Source: an uncultured Candidatus Saccharimonadales bacterium (GTDB lineage: Bacteria; Patescibacteriota; Saccharimonadia; UBA4664). From it: a DNA stretch of 64,000 bases. Numbering within the stretch: position 1 is the stretch's first letter; each line of letters begins with the position of its first letter. The DNA is taken from NCBI GenBank assembly GCA_964609585.1, contig CAZSRA010000001.1, forward strand, positions 220,697 through 284,696, read 5' to 3'. The notes under the pieces were generated by a model. The model was not told where the DNA came from. It ran no database searches and saw nothing but the letters and a program-made list of their open reading frames with translations. Below are positions 10,222-19,521 of this stretch, in pieces. A program made the position numbers and the translations under genes.

Positions 10222-11302
10222 GGTGGACCTCCCCGCTTGTGGTAGCTGCGGCAAGGATTTCGGCTGTGGCGGCGCCGCGTGTATGCCAGGTAAAGTTGCG
10301 TTCAACTTTGCGGCGGCCGTTTGCCCCAAACTGGTGGGCAAGTTTGGGATTTTGGGTAAGGTGGGCTATAGCCTGAGTCAGAACTGTTACGTCACCGGGG
10401 GGCACGAGTAGGCCGTCTTCGCCGTCTGCGATGACGCTCCCGATGCCGCCGATGCGTGAACCAATTACGGGTAGGCCGCAGGCCATGGCTTCGAGTAATA
10501 CCATACCGAAACTTTCGGCTTCGGTCGTGGAAGGTAATACGAGGAGACTGGCTTTTTGGAATTCGGCAATGAGTTCGGCGCCGTGTTTGACACCAACGTA
10601 ATGAACGCGTGGTTCGGGGTTTGGTGTGCCCGGACCAACTACGGTTAGGTTTACCCCAGGCAATTTTCGGATAGCGGCCAGTAAGACTTCTAAGCCTTTG
10701 CGCGGGTCGCGGAAGTCGCCCACAAACAGTACGGATCCTTTGGCGGTCTGGTGGACTGCCGGTGTGAAGGCATCGGTATCTACACCCGGTGTAATCGTTG
10801 TGGTTTTGGCGGCCCACTGAGTGAGGAAAGTATCGCGGACGAAGTTGGATGCGCAGATAATGGCGGTGGCCCGATTTAACATTCGAGGTAGGAGCCAGGA
10901 TTCATATGTCGCAATTAGTTGATCGACCAGGAAGCGACCTTTTTTCATACTTCCGGCGTGATAGGTTACTACCACAGGGATACGACCAGCTGCGGCCGAG
11001 GCTGCAAGGGCCATGGTAGGGACAGGCGCATGAACATTGATGACGTCGGGTGCAATGTCTTTTATGATTCGGCGTAACTGCCAGCGCCAAAATGGGTTTA
11101 CGGGTGTGTTGGACACTACAAAGGCGGGACGTAGGCGGTGGATGGTAATGCCTTTATATTTCTCGGTACCTGGTTGTGCCCCGGAGGTGACGACATGAAC
11201 TTCCCAGCCAGCTGTTAGCAGCTCGCGAGCGACGGCTTCGGCATATAATTCAAGCCCGCCGATTCGCGGCGAGAAGTAAGGAGTGGCGATTAAAACTTTC
11301 AT
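10214..11302 (-). CDS. glycosyltransferase family 4
   Basis: EAMACGLPVIGSRIGG motif typical of GT4. Confidence 0.75.
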   Translation of the reverse strand: MKVLIATPYFSPRIGGLELYAEAVARELLTAGWEVHVVTSGAQPGTEKYKGITIHRLRPAFVVSNTPVNPFWRWQLRRIIKDIAPDVINVHAPVPTMALAASAAAGRIPVVVTYHAGSMKKGRFLVDQLIATYESWLLPRMLNRATAIICASNFVRDTFLTQWAAKTTTITPGVDTDAFTPAVHQTAKGSVLFVGDFRDPRKGLEVLLAAIRKLPGVNLTVVGPGTPNPEPRVHYVGVKHGAELIAEFQKASLLVLPSTTEAESFGMVLLEAMACGLPVIGSRIGGIGSVIADGEDGLLVPPGDVTVLTQAIAHLTQNPKLAHQFGANGRRKVERNFTWHTRGAATAEILAAATTSGEVHHG

Positions 11303-12417
11303 GAGGCGTACACCTTTTGTAGAATTTTAGCCGCATGTTGCCAGTCGTAAGGAGCAACTTGGGCAGAAATGGCTTGGCGGCTAGCGCGACTATCTAGTAG
11401 ATCTTCGATGTGACGGGCAAGATCGGTGGGGTTAAAAGCGGCGATGCGGCCGGTAGTCTGTGTCACCAGGTTGGTGGCGGCGTTGGCGGGATGATCAATT
11501 ACGACGACCGGCAGGCCGCAGGCATTGGCCTCAAGTACGCTAATGCCGAAGCCTTCGCGAGTGGATGGTGAGACAAAAACCTTCGAAGCCTTCATAAAAG
11601 CATACACTTGTGTGTGGTTTGGTAAGAAGCCCCAGAAGGTAACATTGGACTCGAGCCCCAGTTTGCGAGTGAGGCGTTCCAGGTTGTCGCGTTCCGGGCC
11701 ATCACCCACGATGAAGCAGTGAAGGTTGGGTCGGCGAGTTTTTAGCTCGGCGACAGCGTGGAGCAGGAGATCAATGTTTTTGTGCTCAAGCAGGCGGCCG
11801 GCAAATATTATATCGCTTTGGTGGGTACCGGTGGGCGTGTTTTGAATGTCTGCAAGGTCGATGCCGTTGGGTATAACGACTACTGGACGAGTGTTGCCAA
11901 GATCATTTTTTAGGCGGTCGGCAGTGAGCTGTGAGGCGGCAATAATTTTGGTGGGCATGAGAACAGTTAGTTTTTCCAAAATGCCAGCGATAATACCAGC
12001 TTTACCGAGATAATTTCGCCAGTAAGGCATGCCCCAGACTTCATGCCAGGTTGCAATCATGGGTTTGCGTTTGATGAGGCAGACGAATTTCATAAAGAAG
12101 AGTGGAAAGTATGGCATATGATCTACATCTACAACATCAAATCTTTCTTTTAGCAAAGAAAGCGTAGACACGCCAAAAAGCACTCCTTCGGCGATAGAGC
12201 GGCGGTCACCGTCGTATAGGGGCATAAGGCGGCTAATGGCATGGAAGGTGATACCGTTTTCTTGGCGGATTTTGGTTGGTTCGTCCCACCATTTCATGGT
12301 GTAAATATGCACATCGAAGCCGTCTTGGGCGAGATACGTGGATAGTTTGTGAATCCTAGTCTCTTTCCCTCCCTTGTTGTAGGGGTAGATGGCGTCGGAT
12401 ACGATTGCAACCCTCAT
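11299..12417 (-). CDS. glycosyltransferase family 4
   Basis: SPSTREGFGISVLEANACGLPVVV motif; ATGA-type overlap with the upstream gene. Confidence 0.75.
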   Translation of the reverse strand: MRVAIVSDAIYPYNKGGKETRIHKLSTYLAQDGFDVHIYTMKWWDEPTKIRQENGITFHAISRLMPLYDGDRRSIAEGVLFGVSTLSLLKERFDVVDVDHMPYFPLFFMKFVCLIKRKPMIATWHEVWGMPYWRNYLGKAGIIAGILEKLTVLMPTKIIAASQLTADRLKNDLGNTRPVVVIPNGIDLADIQNTPTGTHQSDIIFAGRLLEHKNIDLLLHAVAELKTRRPNLHCFIVGDGPERDNLERLTRKLGLESNVTFWGFLPNHTQVYAFMKASKVFVSPSTREGFGISVLEANACGLPVVVIDHPANAATNLVTQTTGRIAAFNPTDLARHIEDLLDSRASRQAISAQVAPYDWQHAAKILQKVYAS

Positions 12418-12419
12418 GA

Positions 12420-13217
12420 CTAATCCTCCCGGGTGCCTATCCGCTCGCCGAAGTTTAGAGTGCGGCGCTTTGAGGTGGAGCGTGAAGGTACTGCAACGGT
12501 ATGTAGGGCTAGGTCATTTGGCTTCCAGCTTAAATTGCGTACAAACATTTTCAGAATGCGGTAGCCATCCATGATGGGGTTCAGGCTTGATTCGCCGGCT
12601 CGCGGATTGTAGCTAATGGGCACTGAGTAAATTTCGTGGCCCAGTCTGGCCATCTTGGTAATCATTTCCATTTCGATGGCAAAACCTTGGCTCTCGAGGT
12701 GGGGGCGCAGTTCGTCGATTACGGATTTTTTCCAGGCAAAATAGCCGGTGAGTACATCGGTGACATTGACGTGGTAAAAGTAGCGCACGAGGTGTGAGTA
12801 GACCCAGTTGCCGAGGCGGTTGAGAGATTTCATGGAGCCGTCGGGGATGCGGCCGCTCAGGCGTGATCCGATGACGACGTTGCAGAAATTACTGTTTAGG
12901 GGCTCGACGAGTCGCCCAATTTCTGCGGCACTATAAGTGTCGTCCCCATCGAGCATCACGACGTAGTCGGTGTCGGCACTTACCTCGGCCATACCGGTTC
13001 GGATGGCATTACCCTTCCCCTGTTTGCCTTCAAAAATCACTTTGGCACCCGCACGGCGAGCGACGCTAGTGGTTTTGTCTTTGGAGTTATTATCGATTAC
13101 GAGTACTTCAAGCAAATAGCCGTGGGCTCGCAATTGTTCGCGCGGGAAGGCTCGAATAACCTGACTGATGCCAGCTTCTTCGTTATAGCATGGGATGAGA
13201 ACGGTGATTTTTTTCAT
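12420..13217 (-). CDS. glycosyltransferase family 2 (polyprenyl-phosphate sugar transferase, DPM1/GtrB-like)
   Basis: LIPCYNEE and VVMLDGDDT (DxD) motifs. The start at MKKITV gives an ATGA overlap with the upstream ORF. Confidence 0.75.
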   Translation of the reverse strand: MKKITVLIPCYNEEAGISQVIRAFPREQLRAHGYLLEVLVIDNNSKDKTTSVARRAGAKVIFEGKQGKGNAIRTGMAEVSADTDYVVMLDGDDTYSAAEIGRLVEPLNSNFCNVVIGSRLSGRIPDGSMKSLNRLGNWVYSHLVRYFYHVNVTDVLTGYFAWKKSVIDELRPHLESQGFAIEMEMITKMARLGHEIYSVPISYNPRAGESSLNPIMDGYRILKMFVRNLSWKPNDLALHTVAVPSRSTSKRRTLNFGERIGTRED

Positions 13218-13678
13218 TGGTTGGCTCGTAACCATAGGTGGATTTCTTGTTGCTGATTCGGGAGAAAGATGGTGATTTCTGAGTTTGCGTCGGTTTGGGG
13301 TAGGGTGAGTTTTTCGGGAATTGTGGCGACGGCATTATCGTCTAATGTGACTGAGTTTGTACTGAGGGTGTGGGCTATGCCCGTGAGGGGTTTTACCGTG
13401 ACGGTATAGGGATAGGACATGCGACTACCTTCCATGTTGTGGACGCTGAAGCTAAACGTGACCGGGTTGGTCGTAAGCGTAGTGGGGAGGTTTACGTTGT
13501 GGTCGAAATAAAGCTCAGTATAGCGCTCAGGGGCTGGCGCTAATTTTTGCTTGGCCAGGAAAGCTGCAATGCTAGCTTGATGCTGGACTACTGCGATGAT
13601 GATTGCCAATCCTAAAGCGATGGCTAGTATTAGGCCGCGTTTTCCCATGAGAGAGCTCTTTTTGTGATCGTTACTCAT
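13214..13678 (-). CDS. small membrane-anchored hypothetical protein
   Basis: N-terminal TM helix; no recognisable domain. It is the first gene of the - strand polysaccharide locus. Confidence 0.4.
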   Translation of the reverse strand: MSNDHKKSSLMGKRGLILAIALGLAIIIAVVQHQASIAAFLAKQKLAPAPERYTELYFDHNVNLPTTLTTNPVTFSFSVHNMEGSRMSYPYTVTVKPLTGIAHTLSTNSVTLDDNAVATIPEKLTLPQTDANSEITIFLPNQQQEIHLWLRANQ

Positions 13679-13837
13679 TGTATTTCACCTCTGCAAGATA
13701 CGTAAACGTTTGTATGCAATGACAAGGATCATAATATAAAAGTTCATAAATGTCAATACTTTGATTAAAAATAAGGCTGTTTTCCCCCTCCTGCTCTTTT
13801 ACGGGTAGTAGGTAACCTGGGTTGCACAAGGTATACT

Positions 13838-14878
13838 TTGAAGGATATGACGAAGCTAGTTTGGTCGTTGCTACATTCCTTTAAAGCGTCGCTTTCCGTG
13901 GCGCTGGTAGGGATTTTGTTGGTATGGTGGTTTGGCGGCACTGAAGGGGCCTGGGTGGTGACAGTGCTTGCGTTGCTTGAAGTGTCGTTGTCGTTCGAGA
14001 ATGCGGTTGTAAATGCTAGTGTTCTTGGGCGTATGAGTAAATTTTGGCAACGCATGTTTTTGACAGTAGGGATGCTTGTGGCTGTGGTGGGGATGCGACT
14101 AGTGGTGCCACTCGGGATTGTAATGGCGACGGCCAGATTGCGTCTGGGTGTAGTGATAGATTTAGCCCTGCACCAGCCGCAAGAGTATGCGCACAAACTG
14201 GATCTTGCTCATCCATTGATAGCGGCTTTTGGCGGGGTGTTTTTGCTGATGATTTTTTTGGATTTTGTGATAGATGCAGGCAAGCGGGTTCACTGGATTG
14301 AGGTGATTGAGCGGCCTTTGGCACAGGCAGGCCAGCTCAAAACCTTGTCGGTGCTTGCAACACTAGTGGGGATATTACTTGTTTCAAGATGGGTGCCTGC
14401 CGATATGGCGGCTGTGACGACCGGGGGTCTCGTGGGACTTGCAACTTATTTGCTCGTGCGGTTTGTGAGTCGGTTGTTTGAGGGGCTCGCAGGCGACCAA
14501 ATGACACCTGGACGCAAGGTAACGGGGCTTGCGGCGCTGGGATTATTTGGATACCTAGAGGTTTTGGATGCCTCGTTTTCGTTTGACGGCGTGGTAGGCG
14601 CATTTGCGATTACGGGTAACGTGATTTGGATTATGGTGGGGCTCGGGATCGGAGCGCTATTTGTGCGCGAGCTAACGGTGTGGCTGGTGCGGCACAATAC
14701 GTTGGGCGACCTCATCTACCTGGAACATGGCGCTTACTATGCAGTTGGGACGCTCGCGGTGATTTTGGGTTTGAGTTTGCGCTATGATATCCCCGATGTA
14801 GTAACGGGGCTCGTAGGTGCTGTCATTATTGGGGCAGCATTGATATCGAGTTTGCGTGAGCGCAAGCGCGCTAGCTAG
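13838..14878 (+). CDS. integral membrane protein, TerC/DUF475-like
   Basis: Two internal repeats each carrying an E..LSF(E/D) motif (EVSLSFENAV and EVLDASFSFDGVV), with about 8 TM helices. Confidence 0.45.
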   Translation: MKDMTKLVWSLLHSFKASLSVALVGILLVWWFGGTEGAWVVTVLALLEVSLSFENAVVNASVLGRMSKFWQRMFLTVGMLVAVVGMRLVVPLGIVMATARLRLGVVIDLALHQPQEYAHKLDLAHPLIAAFGGVFLLMIFLDFVIDAGKRVHWIEVIERPLAQAGQLKTLSVLATLVGILLVSRWVPADMAAVTTGGLVGLATYLLVRFVSRLFEGLAGDQMTPGRKVTGLAALGLFGYLEVLDASFSFDGVVGAFAITGNVIWIMVGLGIGALFVRELTVWLVRHNTLGDLIYLEHGAYYAVGTLAVILGLSLRYDIPDVVTGLVGAVIIGAALISSLRERKRAS

Positions 14879-14889
14879 GCCTAGATCGG

Positions 14890-15267
14890 TTAGATTAGTT
14901 TTTGGACAAGGCCGACGAGCTGGCTCGGAACAATGTCGGCTTTGATGATGTAGCCGTCGGCTTGAGCTTTGAGGGCTTCTTGGCTAGTTTTGTCTTGAGC
15001 AAGGTTGGTGAGAATGACAATTTTGGTCTCGGCATGATCTTTGCCTTCGGGGCCGCGGAGCTCACTAAGAACTTCGATGCCGGTTTTTCCGGGCATCATA
15101 ATATCGAGGAGAATGAGGTCGTAGTGCTTGGCTAAGGCTTTTTTGACACCTTCATCGCCGTTATAGGCGAAATCAACTTTAAAGCCGTCGCGCTCTAGGA
15201 CGCGGGCGTACATTTCCGCGATGGGCTTATCGTCTTCAATGAATAGGATGGTCTTTGATCCAGCCAT
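14890..15267 (-). CDS. single-domain response regulator (CheY-like receiver)
   Basis: ILFIEDD...LILLDIMMPGKTGIEVL receiver signature. Overlaps the stop of the upstream kinase gene. Confidence 0.8.
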   Translation of the reverse strand: MAGSKTILFIEDDKPIAEMYARVLERDGFKVDFAYNGDEGVKKALAKHYDLILLDIMMPGKTGIEVLSELRGPEGKDHAETKIVILTNLAQDKTSQEALKAQADGYIIKADIVPSQLVGLVQKLI

Positions 15268-16771
15268 GAGCTCCTCGGGTAATGGTTATCTTATTATCTA
15301 CGGACGGACGATTTGTGGCAACTGTTTGTTGGGGCAAAATGAAGGTGAAGGTGGCGCCATGACCCTCGATGGAGTCAACGTCTATGGTGCCGCCGTGAGC
15401 TGTGATGATGGATTTGCAGATGTAGAGTCCGAGGCCGGTGCCGCGGATGGTGGATTTAAATTCGTCGACGCGGAAGAATTTCGTAAAGAGACGATGGATC
15501 GCTCTTGCGGGGATGCCAACACCGTTATCTTTGACGCTGGTCTGTACTTGAGTGTCGGTAGTTGTGACCGTGACGGTGATTTGGCCAGTGTTGACGTGGG
15601 TGTGGTTGATGGCGTTTGAAACCAGATTGTCGACTACTTCTCGGAGGGCTGAGGGGTCGGCCATGATGGGAATAGGGGTTTTAGGAATCTTGAAGGTGAG
15701 GTGACGGCTTTGTTGGGTGGCACGGTCTTTGAGGGGATCGACAAGACCGAGCATAAAGGTGCGGTAGTCGATGAGTTCGGGTTGATAATTAATTTCGCCG
15801 TGCTCGATGCGTGATACGTTTAAGAGGTTGTGCATGAGGTCGCCAAGTTGGCCAGCGCTTGTGATGGCTTGGGTCAGGAAAGCTTTTTGCGCCTTGGTAA
15901 GGCTTTTGGCTTCGGTGTTTAAGATGTCTAGGTAGCCTTTGATTTCGGTGAGAGGGGTGCGGAGCTCGTGGGCCGCAAGAGCGACGAAATCGATTTTCAT
16001 TTCTTCGAGTTGCCGTGTTTTGGTGAGATCGTGGAATGTGACGAGTGTGGCTATGCCGTTGGGGTCATTTTTGAGTACGACGGCCTGGACATCAACGATG
16101 AGGCTGCGGCCGTCGGCGCCGTAGAGCTCGAGGCCTTTCCACTGTCCTACTTTGTGCTCGGTACCGGAACCGGAAGCCAGCCAGCGCGTCATAACGAGCT
16201 CGCCGTCTTGGCGAAAAGGCATCATTTTTTCGGCGAGTTGTCCGGCCACTTCACCCACGGTGCGACCCGTAAGTTCGCAGGCGGCTTTGTTGAAGAGGAT
16301 AATGCGGCCGCCATGATCGAGCGCAAAGACGCCGTCGGTCATGGAGTTGAGGACGCTATGAAGTTTGCCGCGTTCTGCTTCGATGAGGGCGGTTTCGCTG
16401 CTGGCCTCGGACAGTGTGCGTTCGAGCTTGGAGGCGAGTTTGTCCAGACCGCGCCTAATTTCGCCAAATTCACCGGCGGATCTGGCTCCGGGTTGGCGGT
16501 TGAAATCGCCGGCGGCCAACTTGGTAACGGCCTGCATAATTTGGCGTACGGGTCTGGTGAGGAGCTCGGCGAAAATGTAACTCAAAATGATTGCCGGTAT
16601 GATGCCGACCATAATTACGGGAAGTACGAAGGCGTTGAAATCGAGAAAGAGGAAGTTTAGGGTGTTGGTTTGGGTGTAAACATACCAAACGGCGCCGACG
16701 ATTAAGGCGGGCACAACCGATACGATAAAGAAAAGCGCTAGGGTTTGGCGTCTAAAGCGGGCTGATTTCAC
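15236..16771 (-). CDS. sensor histidine kinase (TM-HAMP-PAS-HisKA-HATPase)
   Basis: H-box AHELRTPLTEIKG; N, G1 and G2 boxes (DNGVGIP, GTGLGL); two N-terminal TM helices. Confidence 0.85.
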   Translation of the reverse strand: MKSARFRRQTLALFFIVSVVPALIVGAVWYVYTQTNTLNFLFLDFNAFVLPVIMVGIIPAIILSYIFAELLTRPVRQIMQAVTKLAAGDFNRQPGARSAGEFGEIRRGLDKLASKLERTLSEASSETALIEAERGKLHSVLNSMTDGVFALDHGGRIILFNKAACELTGRTVGEVAGQLAEKMMPFRQDGELVMTRWLASGSGTEHKVGQWKGLELYGADGRSLIVDVQAVVLKNDPNGIATLVTFHDLTKTRQLEEMKIDFVALAAHELRTPLTEIKGYLDILNTEAKSLTKAQKAFLTQAITSAGQLGDLMHNLLNVSRIEHGEINYQPELIDYRTFMLGLVDPLKDRATQQSRHLTFKIPKTPIPIMADPSALREVVDNLVSNAINHTHVNTGQITVTVTTTDTQVQTSVKDNGVGIPARAIHRLFTKFFRVDEFKSTIRGTGLGLYICKSIITAHGGTIDVDSIEGHGATFTFILPQQTVATNRPSVDNKITITRGAHGWIKDHPIH

Positions 16772-16848
16772 TCTATAATTCTAATGCTTAACGGAGCGTC
16801 TGGCTAGCTCGTGATACAATGCCCCCAAGGATAAGAAAGGGATGAGTT

Positions 16849-17313
16849 GTGGTAACACGTGTATTGATCGTAATAGCGTCGCTGGCGGTTATTGGTTTGA
16901 TTGTTGGAGCAATGATAGTGATGCGAGGTGGGTCATCAACGGCGAGCCCGTCACCCTCCCCTACGGTGAGCACGGATGCTAAGGCTTCATCGACGGGACT
17001 CGTGAGTACGGACGAAACGGTGGGCACGGGTGATGTAGCCGAAGCTGGTAAAACGGTGAGCGTGAATTATGTAGGTACCTTAAGCGACGGCACGAAGTTT
17101 GATTCGTCGTATGACCGGAATCAGCCGTTTGAGTTTCAGCTTGGGGCTGGTCAAGTTATTAAAGGTTGGGATCAGGGTGTAGTCGGGATGAAGGTGGGTG
17201 GCAAGCGCAAGCTCGTGATTCCGCCAGACTTGGGCTATGGGGATCAGGCTAACGGGAAGATACCGGCTAACTCTACGTTGACGTTTGAAATTGAACTGCT
17301 AGCGGTTAAATAA
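16849..17313 (+). CDS. FKBP-type peptidyl-prolyl cis-trans isomerase
   Basis: The segment [39 protein letters not shown]...[13 protein letters not shown] matches the FKBP domain; N-terminal signal anchor. Confidence 0.85.
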   Translation: MVTRVLIVIASLAVIGLIVGAMIVMRGGSSTASPSPSPTVSTDAKASSTGLVSTDETVGTGDVAEAGKTVSVNYVGTLSDGTKFDSSYDRNQPFEFQLGAGQVIKGWDQGVVGMKVGGKRKLVIPPDLGYGDQANGKIPANSTLTFEIELLAVK

Positions 17314-17325
17314 CGCCCACGCAAA

Positions 17326-17949
17326 TTAATCTTGGCGATGCTGTTCACAGTAGGTGGGTGCGTGGCTGGCGCCGCAGAGCGCATAGCCAACTACGGCGGT
17401 AATGTCGCCGCCGGTGGGCGGAAGGTAGCCGTCGGCACCGGAGGCGATGCGGAGTTCCACCGGAATGGTGCCGCGGCCAAGGCTGTCGATTTGGCTAAAG
17501 GAGCCGCGGGAAAGATCGATGATGCGTCCGGTCCAGGCTTCTGGGCCGTAGTCGTTGACGCGACAAATCATGGTATGGGCATTATAGAGGTCTTTTACGA
17601 GCAAGTAGGTGCCGCGCGAAAACGTGCGGGAAGCACAGGTGAGGGCGTCGGGTTCGGGTAGGCCTAGGGCGTACCAGGAGCCCCGACCGGTCATGGCTGG
17701 TGAGCTGGGTGGTGGGGGTGTGGGAGTGGTGATGACTGGAGCTTTGATTTGGATACCGCCTGGGCCAGAATGGTTGATGGCGACATTGATCGTGGGTTTA
17801 TTGAGCGTAATGCTATAGGCGAGCGCGCCGATGGATACCGTGGCGACGAGGATGAAAAATGACCGTAGGACATGCTTCGAGACCTTACGTTTAACGAGTT
17901 TTTTCTTCGTAAGTACGTGGATGACGCGGCGTTTGGTTTTGGCTTTCAT
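17326..17949 (-). CDS. RlpA-like double-psi beta-barrel lipoprotein
   Basis: GSWY...TASR...RVNDYGP...GRIIDLSRGSF matches the RlpA/DPBB signature; N-terminal TM anchor and Pro-rich linker. Confidence 0.6.
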   Translation of the reverse strand: MKAKTKRRVIHVLTKKKLVKRKVSKHVLRSFFILVATVSIGALAYSITLNKPTINVAINHSGPGGIQIKAPVITTPTPPPPSSPAMTGRGSWYALGLPEPDALTCASRTFSRGTYLLVKDLYNAHTMICRVNDYGPEAWTGRIIDLSRGSFSQIDSLGRGTIPVELRIASGADGYLPPTGGDITAVVGYALCGASHAPTYCEQHRQD

Positions 17950-18023
17950 ATTCTGTGTTTTTGGGTGTTACTGGCCCTTTTTTACCATAAGCGAGATGGG
18001 GGGTCAAGTTTGATGAAAACCTC

Positions 18024-19163
18024 TTAGAATGAAACCGTTTTGCCAACCGGCACTATTTCGTACCAGGTATTGCCGGCATCGAGCGGGACATCCTTGCCAG
18101 AAGCATCGAGGAGCTGAGCACGAGCGGCGTGTGAAGCTTTTTTCCAGGTAACCGGTATGACGTCGCCGTCGCGAATGACCCAACCAGCGCCTGAGCCTAC
18201 GGTTTGCATGATGACGGTAGATTCGCCAATGCGGGTGGTGCCGTAGCTGGTGGGCATCATTTCGACGACGATGTTTTTGACATGGATCTGCTGGCCGGTG
18301 TTGCGGTCAATATGGGGCGTACCGGCAAGGGACCGGGCGTAATCGTTGGTGGCGGAATTATATTTGTAATCGACTTGATAGCCGTTGTACGAGAAGTCGA
18401 TGTGGATGTTGGGATGAGGTGGCGTGGGATTGGGTGTATCGGGTTTGCGGGGGGTTAAGGTGAAGTTTGCAGGCGTGTTGTAGCCAAGGCGAGTCTCAAG
18501 GGCGTCGAGCTTGTCTGAAGTGGTGTAGAGATTGTGAGGCGCGTAGCGGTCGGTGGTGCGATAGAAGCCGTCTGAGGCGAAGCTAAGGGCGTTCATGTCT
18601 TTCGTGCCGAGGGGGGTGATGAGGTCGAGGGCGTCGGCATTGCCACCAGCGTGAGCAAGGGGGGCGTTGAATTCGAGGGCCCAGTCTACGAAGTAGGTGC
18701 GCACCGAGCGTACGGGGCCGAGTACGGGCGGTCGTTGATCGAGAAAGAAGGCTTCGAAGCGAGTAATACCGCCTTCAGCGTTGGCTTCATAAACGACGCC
18801 GGCTTGGCTGAGGCCTGATTGAGGACGGGCGTCGGGGTGGTTTTCGATCACGACCCCGGTGATGGGCCGGTCTGCGAGGGCGGGCGCTACGGGTAGGCCA
18901 GTGAGCGGTGAGAGTTTGGTTGGTGGAGGTGTGGGCGTGGGGGTTGGGGTTGGTTTAGGGCTTGGAGTGGGCTCTACGACGGCAACGGGTGCGGGACGGG
19001 TGAGTTTCCAGGCTAATGCTCCGCCGGCCGCTAGGAGCACTATGGCCCCGCAGACTATGAATAGGAGTTTGCGGTGGCGCTTGAACCAGTGAACTGAAGT
19101 CGTGGGCGCGCTGCTGGGTTTAGGTGTAGTAGATACCTGTGTTACCGGTTTTAGTTCGCTCAT
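18024..19163 (-). CDS. DUF3048 (YerB-like) domain lipoprotein
   Basis: N-terminal TM helix, PTPTPTPTPP linker, then ITGVVIENHPDARPQSGLSQAGVVYEANAEGGITRF, which is typical of DUF3048. Confidence 0.55.
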   Translation of the reverse strand: MSELKPVTQVSTTPKPSSAPTTSVHWFKRHRKLLFIVCGAIVLLAAGGALAWKLTRPAPVAVVEPTPSPKPTPTPTPTPPPTKLSPLTGLPVAPALADRPITGVVIENHPDARPQSGLSQAGVVYEANAEGGITRFEAFFLDQRPPVLGPVRSVRTYFVDWALEFNAPLAHAGGNADALDLITPLGTKDMNALSFASDGFYRTTDRYAPHNLYTTSDKLDALETRLGYNTPANFTLTPRKPDTPNPTPPHPNIHIDFSYNGYQVDYKYNSATNDYARSLAGTPHIDRNTGQQIHVKNIVVEMMPTSYGTTRIGESTVIMQTVGSGAGWVIRDGDVIPVTWKKASHAARAQLLDASGKDVPLDAGNTWYEIVPVGKTVSF

Positions 19164-19212
19164 ATGCGAACTTTAGCATCAATGCGGTTGAGCTTCAAAC
19201 TTATAGTTAAAC

Positions 19213-19244
19213 AAAAAACAGAGGCTTGAAGCCTCCGTTTTTTG
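19213..19244. terminator. bidirectional intrinsic terminator
   Basis: GAGGCT-TGA-AGCCTC hairpin flanked by an A6 run upstream and a T6 run downstream. It sits between - strand genes. Confidence 0.6.
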
Positions 19245-19257
19245 AAAGGACGGGAAA

Positions 19258-19497
19258 CTAGACAATTGGGCCGGTGGATGCGTCCCAAGTAGCTTGGCTG
19301 ACGAATTTGGTCAGATTGCGACCTTGGTAGCTACCGCGGAGAGCGTAACGAACCTGGACTTTGCCGTCTTTGGTTGTGCGCTCGTACTTGGTTTTAGAGA
19401 CGTCGCTTTCTGGAACTTCGACTGACTCCCGAGTTTTAACGTCGTAGAAAGAAATACTCATGGACTCTTTAACCTCACTTGCTTTAAGTGTTTGCAC
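19258..19497 (-). CDS. small hypothetical protein
   Basis: 79-aa ORF immediately upstream of the terminator; no recognisable domain. Confidence 0.35.
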   Translation of the reverse strand: MQTLKASEVKESMSISFYDVKTRESVEVPESDVSKTKYERTTKDGKVQVRYALRGSYQGRNLTKFVSQATWDASTGPIV

Positions 19498-19521
19498 TAT
19501 AGGACAGGCGGACGAGGGTTG

